From assembly GCA_963733675.1 (NCBI GenBank), contig CAVTET010000004.1:320001-384000 (forward strand): a stretch of DNA of 64,000 nucleotides, given 5' to 3'. This stretch comes from an uncultured Methanosarcinaceae archaeon. Lineage in GTDB: Archaea; Halobacteriota; Methanosarcinia; Methanosarcinales; Methanosarcinaceae. The translations under genes were made by a program, and so were the position numbers. Positions 33,470-43,721 of this stretch are shown one piece after another; position 1 is the first letter of the stretch, and every line of letters begins with the position of its first letter. The notes beneath the pieces are model-generated. The model was given only the letters and a program-made list of their open reading frames with translations. It searched no databases and had not been told where the DNA came from.

Positions 33470-34330
33470 TCACCTTTTTTTGGATCATTAGAAAGATCCC
33501 TGTTTTCTTCAAACCATCTACAGTATTCTTCAGGGCATTGTATCTCAGGGCACTTATGTATATATTCCAGGATATCTCTCATTTTCGCACTGGCCATTGA
33601 TACTGACACATCCTCATTTCCATAATAAATGCAAATTTCATCATCCACTAAGCCCATCCGCAAGGAAAAACAACATCATTAACGTATCCACTACGTTCAT
33701 ACATTTCACGAGGCCCGAAACCCCATTCTTCAGATATGTGAAGCACTTTCATGAGATCTTCAGGATCAAGAAGAGCCAATACAAGTCGATAACTTGCTTT
33801 ATATGTCGTCTGGTGTACTCCATGAGGTTGTGGTGCAAAAATGATATTTCCGCAGTTTGATACTACAATTCTTGCCTTTGGGTACCAGTTTCCCGGTGAG
33901 GGGAATAATTAACTTTCCTAATTGTGAAGGTTTACACTTATTTTGCAACAAAGACATATTTTTGGTACCATAACCGCATATATTACGGCCCATTTTTCTA
34001 TCTCATCAATGTAAGTTATATGTGCATCTTCAATTCCATATATCTATTCAGGGTAGTTTATAGGATCTGGAGCAAAGGTTGGTTTGCTGTCAATCTCCCA
34101 ACCCAGCCATCAATTCCATTCTGACTCCTGGCTCCCGTAAAATGGGAAAAGTTCCTGTGATCTTCGACACGCACCAGTAATAAATTTATACCATTAAAAC
34201 TAAGCGTCTGCAGGGTTAAAGACTGAGTGGGCCTGATCTGGCAAATCTTCAAAGGTAAGTGTAGGATTGGTCTCACATCTTTGGAACAGCTCTCCGTGAT
34301 TTTTCGATATCATGTTATTTTCCTCATTTT
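33470..34330 (-). pseudogene. GH130 (PH1107-like) glycosidase/phosphorylase pseudogene, interrupted by a MITE
   Basis: Fragments LLVRVEDHRNFSH...SQNGIDGW, YGIEDAHITY, YERSGYVNDVVFPCG, ICIYYG; frameshifts and a missing middle. Confidence 0.8.
33826..33975 (-). mobile_element. 150-bp MITE (family A), divergent copy 5
   Basis: TIR variants GGTTGTGGTGCAAAA / TTTTGGTACCATAACC; shares internal TTAACTTTCCTAATTGTGAAGGTTT; same 150-bp length. Confidence 0.85.
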
Positions 34331-35079
34331 ATCTGATTTGCTAATGATATTTTCTTTTTTTTCAGCAGAGCTCTGGCGTCTGCTTCATCATTTACTCTGG
34401 GTTGCAATAATGTACTGAATACTCTCTTTTCATGTTTATTTTAAAGACTAAAAGTCTTGAAGTAACAAATTACGAGTTCTGTATCGTTATTGTAGTTAAT
34501 GCTGTAGCTGCTGAACTTGGCGTAGACAACACTTAGTGTGATAAAAATATAATTAATATTTAAATATTGTTTTATTTTGATACATTCTAAGTAGGAGTAG
34601 CTTTGTTCAGAGGCAATTTTCATGTAATTAATTTGAAATAAACATAGAAATTATTAAACAAAGTTTATTTAACTGAATCATGTAGTAAAACCAATTGGTA
34701 TAATCTACATGTAGTGGATAAATAATGAAAATGAGATTGATAGTTCATTTGTTCTACTTCCCACAGATCTACACAAAAATGTCATATATTTCCTCAATAT
34801 AGAAGTATCTTAAAATTTAGTCTGCATTGTTGTGAATTTGCTGTAATTAGATGTCAAATTTTCGTGTGCTGTAAATACTTTTATTCTTCGATACGAATCA
34901 AATCGAGTCTCCGACTGGAGCACAGGAACGAAGTATAAATTATGAAGAAGTATTCCAGAAAGAAGATTAAAGGGCTAGAGCAAATTTTACAGAAAATCGG
35001 TACATTATTTTTTATGTGTTAAAATTTATTTTTTGAAATCCTGTGACTGTGAGGTTGATAGTAAAGTTAAATAAAAAAT

Positions 35080-35175
35080 TGGACCTCTGCCTATTCAAGA
35101 TTCTACCCATATACGTCCTACATTTCTTTTTGCAATTTTTTTACAAATTGCAAGCCCTATTCCTATTCGAGGACA
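35080..35175 (-). pseudogene. Histidine kinase HATPase_c C-terminal fragment
   Basis: GIGLAICKKIAKRNVGRIWVES*IGRG (G2 box region). Confidence 0.65.
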
Positions 35176-35675
35176 ATCCGTCATTACTTCGGTCAAAGGA
35201 TCATGAGGTCCAGTAGCTTCAGGTCTTCGAGTAATCTACTTAAGAGTTGATAGCACTTGATTTATATGGATTCCAAATCCGTAGTTAAGATTCTCTGCTT
35301 CTTTTAGCCACTTGGGATATTCTTAAAGATCATTTTTCATATTTGTACAATGACCAAAGGGTATGACATTGCATTTAAAAATTTTTATTTAAAATATAAA
35401 GCGTTGATAATACTTTTCATCATGTTTTTAAAATCTAGAATTTGATCTAAGCTCAATTTGCATTGTTTCTTTAGAAAATGTTCAATGTTAAATTTGTGGA
35501 GATCTCTATAATAAAAATTACATAATCAATATTAAATTATTGTTTAAGATTAAAACATTTTATTCAGAAGTAACTTTTATCAAGAAACTATTTTTTGTAT
35601 AATTAATTTAAAATAACTAAGGGGATAACTGTACATTGTAGCTTAAAATGAACAGATTTTGGCAGTTTTAGGTTT

Positions 35676-35979
35676 AAAGTTTATTAATTTTAGTAACTAG
35701 CAGTTTAACTGTCTGAATAATGAATTTGACCAAAATATATATTGTGCTTGATTTTGGGTCTTTAAGTGTACAAGTTCTAGATTTCTTAATCCAATTAAGT
35801 ATGTACTACTGTATGAGTCAGTCCTTAAAAGTTTATTAATTTTAGTAACTAGCAGTTTAACTGTCTGAATAATGAATTTGACCAAAATATATATTGTGCT
35901 TGATTTTGGGTCTTTAAGTGTACAAGTTCTAGATTTCTTAATCCAATTAAGTATGTACTACTGTATGAGTCAGTCCTTA
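35676..35979 (+). repeat. Perfect tandem duplication of 152 bp
   Basis: 35676-35827 is identical to 35828-35979. Confidence 0.97.
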
Positions 35980-36547
35980 TGGAAAAGCTACAGGAATTGT
36001 AGATATCAAAATTCAATGAAAACTTGAATAGTAACATACCAACCTATAACTACATTGGAATTTGAGGTCTTTTAGTCCATGAAGATCTGGAAATATGGGG
36101 AAAATGTATCCAATAATTGAGTACAACATATGTAGGGCAGGCTATTGCCTACTGTGGAGTTTGCCCTATATAGGTTTTTGATATTGAAGTGATTGATAAG
36201 ATAAAAAGGAAGTTGTAGCCCACCCTGAAAATTGATATAATGCGAGCAGTGTGTGTAAGTCTTTACTAAGATACTATCGGGCTTGTTGAAAGCTAAATTC
36301 AAACTCTAAAAAGTGGTGAAAATAGTGCATTACAGAATTGATTATAATAAGTGTGTAGGTTTATTGAATGCTATGATGTCCGTCAATGTGGACGTGTTTG
36401 ATGCGGAAGAGGTTACTGGAGGACAGAGGGTGTTTGTAGCACGCTCTGAAGCTATGCTTTATATTGTCCCACAATTGCGTAAATCCTAATATTTATAGAG
36501 CTAGTATCAGAAGTTGAAACGGTGTAATTGCAAATAATTCATTATTT

Positions 36548-36940
36548 TTGACAGCAAGGACGATAAAAGGGGGCAAAATCATCAATATGGATGGAGAACA
36601 TCTGGGAAAGATTGAAGACATAATGATTGATCTAGAAAATGGTAGAGTAGCATATTCAGTACTCTCTTTTGGCAGATTCCTGTGTCTTGGAAATAAACTG
36701 TTTGCTGTTCCCCGTGAAGCTCTTTCAGTGAGGCCACATGAACAAGCTTTCTTTTTTGACGTTGCAAAAAAAATCCTGAAAGAGACCGAAGGCTTTGATA
36801 AGGACGACTGGCCTCTAACTCGTGAGCGGTTAGCTAATATTTATACTTGCTACGGATACAAGCCTTGCTGGCAGACAAGAGTTTTAGAGCAGACAAAAAA
36901 AGAGAGGCCAGGAGAGATAGAAGCAAAAAGAATATCCTAA
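36548..36940 (+). CDS. PRC-barrel domain protein (start possibly degraded)
   Basis: GEHLGKIEDIMIDLENGRVAYSVLSFG...KLFAVP. Confidence 0.8.
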   Translation: MTARTIKGGKIINMDGEHLGKIEDIMIDLENGRVAYSVLSFGRFLCLGNKLFAVPREALSVRPHEQAFFFDVAKKILKETEGFDKDDWPLTRERLANIYTCYGYKPCWQTRVLEQTKKERPGEIEAKRIS

Positions 36941-37080
36941 ATAGAAAAGAAGGCAGAATCAAAATAAGAAATAGAAGAAGCTAAAGTTGAGCTATACACC
37001 CCTCTGAAAATAGAAAAAGTAAAAAGAAAGGTCTTTTGGACACTTGCAAGTAAGTAGGTTTTGGTATTGGAGATGAGTCA

Positions 37081-37368
37081 TTGATAAAATCTGATAAAAT
37101 GAGCATATTGCTCTATTTTGGGATAATTTGCAAGCCTGATGGTAAAATAAAGATGAAGAAGGCAGTACATCTTGTGGGTACAGGCATGATTGGCGGAGCA
37201 TTTTGGGGTATTTTGATAGGAATGTTTGCTTTGTTTATCTTAATCGCGAAATGGGCTGAAGATAATGCGCTAGATAAATTAAAAAAGTTCAAAGCAACAA
37301 TAATACGCGCACCTCTTTCTAATGAAGATGAAGTTAACCTTAAAGTCGCTTATTGTGCTGATGAATAA
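37081..37368 (+). pseudogene. DUF1269-like membrane protein remnant
   Basis: PDGKIKMKKAVHLVGTGMIGGAFWGILIG joined directly to ALFIL...IIRAPLS; internal deletion. Confidence 0.6.
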
Positions 37369-37628
37369 TTAAAAGATTGAGAGGTATCAAGGATAAATGA
37401 GTGAAAAAAATCTTCACAGATTCTAACTACCGGTTTCTTCAATGAATAATATTGTGCAAATAGGCGAACAAATTCTATATATGTGTACATCTGCTGAATG
37501 TTGGATAAATTGAACCTAATGAAGCTAGTTTATAGACGATTTATACAGAGTCGCTCGAGTTTTATGATTTTACAAAAAATCGATACATTGGCGAGCAATC
37601 CTTACTCAAACTATTCATCCTCAAGTGT

Positions 37629-38323
37629 TTATCTTTTTTTCCTGTTAAGTAGCCAGCTTGCAGAGATGAAGACGATAACCGCAATAGCTGTGTAAAACGC
37701 AATAAGTAAAAGAGAACCGTATTTACTCTGCAAGAAAGGATTTGTGTTATCTATCTGCTCATTGGATGGATACATAATATCCTGCGGATCAATGCTATGA
37801 TCCAACTCCAAGGCATGGCCTAATTCATGTTCTGCAATGGCAAGCATTGCTGTATCACTATATGGTACCCATTCCATCCACTGAGAATTTCCAACTTCAA
37901 GTATAATATCTACGGATATAAATCGGCCATTGGCACCACGCCGGATTGTTTCACCTGCAACTTCTTGAGGAGCACCTTGATCTTTCTGCAAGTTTGCATC
38001 CCATCTTATCCTGATATCAGCATCTTCTGAATCCACAATCTCAAAGATAGGGATGTATTTCAGTTTTCCATTTCCACCTCCTGCCCAGTAATTCAGAGCT
38101 TTTTTACATCTGAATAATAGGTGAGACTATAATGGAGAGGAACAATTTTGTTATCTATATATACGGTGATAGGGGAATGATCCCATGGGTGATCTAAAAA
38201 TCTTGGATAACCAACTTCTGAAGCTTTCGAGGTGATGGCCAAAATAAGTATCATTAACGACAGTAAAAATAATAGTTTTATCGTATATCGACAGATTTGG
38301 TTAATATACACCTCCCTCTGCAT
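37629..38323 (-). pseudogene. Matrixin (M10) zinc metalloprotease, frameshifted
   Basis: Signal peptide plus PWDHSPITVYID (38093-38323); HELGHALELDHS...DIMYP plus C-terminal TM (37629-38036). Confidence 0.82.
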
Positions 38324-38498
38324 TATTTTAGTCCTTAACTTAATGAATTATACTTTTTATCTCTGAGTGAAAAGTTTCTATTGGAAGCGGCAGAATATCA
38401 TTCTTCATTGTTTTGAACCCTTTTTCAACAAAAACTGTGCATAAAAACATGCTATCCTAAAAATATTTTTTTAAAAATAGAGGGGATTTCGATATTTT

Positions 38499-38885
38499 CT
38501 ATAGATTGTTGCGTGCGTTAGCTCCTAAAAGGTTGCTCTGATATTCTGGAAACTTCTGCTTTAGTGATTTAAATAGGGAGGGAAACTCCTCTTTCAGTTG
38601 TATAAGGAGTTCTTCATCTATTTTTGCATTATAAAGCGTTCTCACTTTAGATAGCTGGTCAATTGATAAATTGAAAGCTCCTGTAAGGTTAGCTCCTTCA
38701 AGGTTTGTTCCATCAAAGATAGCTCCGCCGAAGCTAGATTTTTCAAGATTTGCCATAAAAGAATTAGCTATCTCAAGAAGAGCTCTTTCAAGGTTAGCTC
38801 TTTCAAGGTTGATTATTTTAAGATTAGCCCCATAAAAGTTAATTTCTCCAAGACCAATCATACAATAACCTCTTTCTTTTACCAC
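38499..38885 (-). CDS. Pentapeptide-repeat protein, shorter duplicate
   Basis: Identical to 32861-33352 minus 35 aa (7 pentapeptides). Confidence 0.85.
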   Translation of the reverse strand: MVKERGYCMIGLGEINFYGANLKIINLERANLERALLEIANSFMANLEKSSFGGAIFDGTNLEGANLTGAFNLSIDQLSKVRTLYNAKIDEELLIQLKEEFPSLFKSLKQKFPEYQSNLLGANARNNL

Positions 38886-39368
38886 TAAATTCTGACTTTA
38901 TTAGCTTTTTATCAATTGTAATCAATTGTAAACGATAATCAACGACAATTCAATTGTATTCCAATAATTGGTGCGCTGCGAAGCGTTGGAAAATCTCTAA
39001 TTTATGGACGGACATGATTTAAGTTAAAAAATAGTTAGCAAAAAAGCACATTAAAAAAAGAAGATAAATTTTCAGTAAAATCATCAAAATTTACCTGAAG
39101 GCTTTTGAGTTCTTCCAAAAATGATATAAATTTATGAAAACTCAAAATTTTCTAAAATTAAAAATTGAATCTAAAAACAAAAAATGGTCACAAAAAACTC
39201 CAATAATGACGAAAAAATAAATCGTAATGTATGGAGTTTAAGGGATTACCAACATTAAGATTTTATGTTAAATAACCTGAGTTCAGGACCGACTTATAAC
39301 CTATAAAAAAGGTTATGAAAGATTGGAAGATCTCCAGAAACCCTTGATTAACATTTCTAACCCTTTTT

Positions 39369-40997
39369 TTACATGTCTTCCGGCATTTCGCCACCAGGGC
39401 CTGGGCTTGGACCTGCTCTTCCACTACTTGATGAGGCTATTACATCATCGATTCTGAGAATCATGATTGCAGCTTCTGTGGCTGCATTAATTGCCTGCGT
39501 CTTAATTCGGAGAGGTTCAAGAACATTGTTTTCGAACATGTCCTCAATTTTACCACTAAAAACATTAAGGCCTGCACGTTTATTCCCCTTCTCGTGCTGG
39601 GAGCGCATTTCCACAAGCATATCTATTGGGTCAAGCCCTGCATTTTCGGCAAGTGTCTGAGGAATAATTTCGAGTGACTCTGCAAACTTCATAACAGCAA
39701 GCTGTTCTCTGCCTTTAAGGGTTGCTGAGTATTCTTTGAGCCTGAGGGCCAGTTCAATTTCAGGTGAGCCTCCACCCACAACTATCTTCTGGTCTTCGAG
39801 AGCAACACCCACAACTCGGAGAGCGTCTTCGAGAGCTCTCTCAATCCCCTCAACTACATGTTCAGTTCCGCCGCGAAGAAGAATTGAGGTGGTTTTGCTG
39901 TCCTTGCAGCCTGTAACGAAAGTCATCCTGGAACCTGTAACGTCTTTTTCTTCCACAAAACCGGCATAGCCAAGGTCGGATTCTTCAATTTCGTCCATGC
40001 TTGTGATGATCTTTGCACCTGTTGCCCGCGAGAGCTTGTCCATATCGCTCTTCTTGACCCTACGCATGGCGAAAATACCCGCTTTTGTGAGATAATACTG
40101 GGCTAGATCATCAATGCCTTTCTGGCAGAAAACCACTTTTGCACCTGTCCTTATTACCTTTTCCACGATTTCCTTGAGCATGGATTCTTCCTGATCTAAG
40201 AACAACTGCATCTGGTCAGGGGTGGTTATCTTTATTTCGGCTTTTGTTTCGGTTTTCTTGAGTTCTATGGGCACACTCAAGAGCAGAACTTTGGCATCTG
40301 CCACTATTTCGGGCATTCCAGTGTGAACGCGTTCTTTATCAATGATCACACCTTCGATAATTTCGGAGTCCCCAATACTTCCCCCGGGCCTCTTTTCGAT
40401 TTTGATGTCCTCGATATCCACAGTGATCTTTCCATCCTCGTTAGCCTCAACAACTGACTTAACTGCCTTAACTGCAAGCCTGGAAAGGTGTTCCTTATTA
40501 GCCTCTGCGCCCTTACCTGTTATAGCTGTGGCTGCAAGCTTTTCGAGAGTTATAGTATCTTCTGGGGATGCACTAATAGTAATGGTTTCAAGTATCCGTG
40601 CAGCTTGATCTGCTGCAAGCCTATAACCACTTGCAATCACTGTGGGATGAACACCGCTTTCCAGTAGGTATTCTGCCTTTGTCAAGAATTCTCCTGCGAG
40701 CACAGCTGCTGTGGTGGTTCCATCTCCTACTTCAGCATCTTGGGTCTTCGCCACTTCAACGATCATCTTTGCACCTGGGTGCTCGATGTCCATTTCTTTG
40801 AGAATTGTTGCTCCGTCGTTGGTGATAACCACATCACCTAGAGAGTCTACAAGCATCTTGTCCATACCCTTCGGCCCAAGAGTGGTCCTTACTGCCTCAG
40901 CGACTGCCTTTGCGGCCATAATATTGTTGTGCTGAGCATCGGAACCATGGGTTCTCTTGCTGCCTTCCCTTAAAATAAAGATCGGTTGTGCTGCCAA
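39369..40997 (-). CDS. Thermosome (group II chaperonin) subunit
   Basis: [32 protein letters not shown]. Confidence 0.98.
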   Translation of the reverse strand: MAAQPIFILREGSKRTHGSDAQHNNIMAAKAVAEAVRTTLGPKGMDKMLVDSLGDVVITNDGATILKEMDIEHPGAKMIVEVAKTQDAEVGDGTTTAAVLAGEFLTKAEYLLESGVHPTVIASGYRLAADQAARILETITISASPEDTITLEKLAATAITGKGAEANKEHLSRLAVKAVKSVVEANEDGKITVDIEDIKIEKRPGGSIGDSEIIEGVIIDKERVHTGMPEIVADAKVLLLSVPIELKKTETKAEIKITTPDQMQLFLDQEESMLKEIVEKVIRTGAKVVFCQKGIDDLAQYYLTKAGIFAMRRVKKSDMDKLSRATGAKIITSMDEIEESDLGYAGFVEEKDVTGSRMTFVTGCKDSKTTSILLRGGTEHVVEGIERALEDALRVVGVALEDQKIVVGGGSPEIELALRLKEYSATLKGREQLAVMKFAESLEIIPQTLAENAGLDPIDMLVEMRSQHEKGNKRAGLNVFSGKIEDMFENNVLEPLRIKTQAINAATEAAIMILRIDDVIASSSSGRAGPSPGPGGEMPEDM

Positions 40998-41423
40998 GCT
41001 TTAGTCTCCTTTTAATGATATGAATTTATATGGATTTTTATTAATCATATTACTAAAAATATTATACTAAACACATTATTTTTGTGCGTAATTTTACTAT
41101 TCTTAATGCAAGCACTTCTATATAAGAATTTCTCTGAAACTTAGTCTTTAAAATAGAAAATGGAGCCAACTGAATCTTTTAACCTTAGGTTGAAAGTATC
41201 CACTAATTTCTAATGAAAATCAATCCTATTTTTAGTTCAAATTGATTTGACAAGATTTAATTATTATATAATATTTGATAACTGATTCCACAAAATAGTC
41301 TCCATTTTTGTCACAATTAAGCTACTATAATTGTCAAAATCAGCAAAAATATACATAACTATTCAGGTATCTTTATATGTGACCACACAATTTTTCCTCA
41401 TAAGGAGAAAAATTGGATGTAAA

Positions 41424-42560
41424 ATGAACTCTTTTTATTGCTGATGAAAAAGAAAAGATTCTTGTTCTGTGTGCTCAAAATCCTAAAGTTATTGCTTATA
41501 TTGAAAGTCTTGAATCTCAAATTAAATAACCCACTGAAAGATCAGAGGATTTCAGTAAACATCTGATTTTCAAGAGTCATTTATATACAATTTATAAGCA
41601 CATAACAAAATTTAGGGTTTATCGACATTTTCATTAATCTTATTAGGATCTCGCTTGAATAAAAACAATCATAACAGTAACAAATCTCCTTTGAATGATG
41701 TTCTTGTTAAGATAAATAATCCAACGAGTCACCACAAAAAGGATCTCAAGAAACCTTGAGATCAACAAAGTTATTTAAAAAAATTATTTAAATGTTTAAT
41801 GATTCTGATTGACTAATCGAAAATTCTTTGAACTACTGTGAAGAATTTAGCCACTCTATTGAGAATATTGAAATCTAAGCTGATCAGAAAAGATAAACTG
41901 TTGACATTTCAGTTACAAATCTTATTTTTCAGAACATCGAAGTCAGATGAAGATCTTTCCTTAATGTAGAAGATTAAATAAAGGTGTTTTTCCAGAATCA
42001 GTGAAATATACAGTCCAATATGATTCAAGTATTATAGGCTCAGCAATCTACTATAAAAGCTACCAATTTAGCTCTTATGGAAGGATTATCGAGTTTTTTG
42101 ATAGTTTTGGGGGATCAAAGAACGAAAATCAAGAAAAAAGGATATTGCTTCATGTAACTTTCAATGACAAATGCATATTTTAGCTTTCTTATCTATAAAG
42201 AAAATCTAAAGCATTAGAAGCTATGGAAATTCTTGCAAGTTTAAAGGAATAACAATTTATGGTGAATGGGAACCCTCAGCAGTTATAGAATTATACTGCT
42301 CATCTTCAGATAGAACTTAATGTTTGAAGAGAATTATAAACAACAATCAGCTAAAGGGATTAATATATTTTAATAGAAATTAAAAAAACACACTGATTGA
42401 ATGTAAAGAGCAACTTCAATTGTTGAATTTTTAGCAAATCAAAGCGTTGGAAGAAAAGTTAGATTCCGTAGTCACTAAAGGACTTGAAGGGAATGCACCT
42501 TTTTTAGACCCTTAAAAACAAGAAAAAAGCTGTGTAAATTCAAAAACAAGCCTCAAATCT
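41424..42560 (+). pseudogene. IS66-family transposase remnant with an inserted family-B MITE
   Basis: KILVLCAQNPKVIAYIESLESQIK, SRLNKNNHNSNKSP, VFPESVKYTVQY; heavily decayed. Confidence 0.75.
41545..41632. mobile_element. ~88-bp MITE (family B) inside the IS66 remnant
   Basis: GAGGATTTCAGTAAAC...GTTTATCGACATTTTC. Confidence 0.75.
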
Positions 42561-43029
42561 AACTTTGATCACGGATGTAAAATTAGCCTTTGAGACAATC
42601 CCACTCCCAATGCATTTGTGCAAATTTACAGAATGTTTGTATATCAACCTGAAGGAATTTATTTGTTGTATCTTTGATTTCGGAAATTTAGTTGCAGATT
42701 CAAGATAATTTGTAAATATGTGAAGCATTAAATGAAATAGTAAGAACTTCTTGATAGCTATAATTTGCTTCATAATGTGAAGTTATCATATCAATTATGT
42801 TAAATAATTCCAAAAATACAATAAGTTAACTAGTTGTATCTGTACTAGAAATGGAGTCATTTTTTTGCAAGAATCAACGACTTAATTACCTTAAATAATT
42901 TTATGATTTTTTTCTTATCGTAGAAATGGTTTAGTAACTGACAGGATTCGAAACTACTGAAAACACATTAATTTATATATAAAACCAGTATCATGATTTA
43001 AGGAACATGAAGACATTAGACTGAGCTGA

Positions 43030-43204
43030 TATGATGCAAAGTAATGAGCTCATTAAAGAGCAGGTAATACAATTAAAAATAGAAATCGCGCAGTTAGAAG
43101 TGGAAGTTAATAAATTACAAGTTACGATACACGAAAAAAAATATGCTTTGAATAGATTGTGTGAACTTTTAGAAATAAGAGATGTAGCTTTAAATGACAA
43201 ATAA
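43030..43204 (+). CDS. Small coiled-coil hypothetical protein
   Basis: MMQSNELIKEQVIQLKIEIAQLEVEVNKLQVTIHEKK with a heptad pattern; below the ORF-track length cut-off. Confidence 0.35.
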
Positions 43205-43721
43205 ATGGATTAGAATCATTCATTTGATGCATCTGATGACCAAACTCAACACAAACGAGTTTGTAAAAATCAGCATGTTTTAGGTAGTTTGATTCTCATG
43301 CGACTATTTGGTAGTTAACCAACGTAAGCCCTAAGGATACATTTGTTTCAATTATTTTGTTAGTGAATCTATATGATATGACCACTATCTGACTTGAAAT
43401 GTACTGTTACAATCCTTTTTGTTTTTGTAACAATTCCCTTTTGCCTTCAAATCAAGATTTTTATCAATCAAGTAACTTATTTACTACCCTTTTAACCCAT
43501 AAAACTAGGTTTATGATTTAAAAACGAGAATAGATTTTTTACAATACTTCATACAAAAACTATTTGGCATCATATATTATATACACAATGTTTCTCATGA
43601 ATTAGCTCCTTTACTTATAGTAAAAAGATTGTATAAAATAAAAATCAGTTCATTAATAGCTGTTCTAAGAGAGATTTCCATCCCCGAAACAAGCTTCACT
43701 GTATTTGATTGAAATGAAAAA

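Noticed and set aside
35697-36037. Two 62-aa ORFs with identical C-termini
   Set aside because: Artefact of the 152-bp tandem duplication; no recognisable coding signal.
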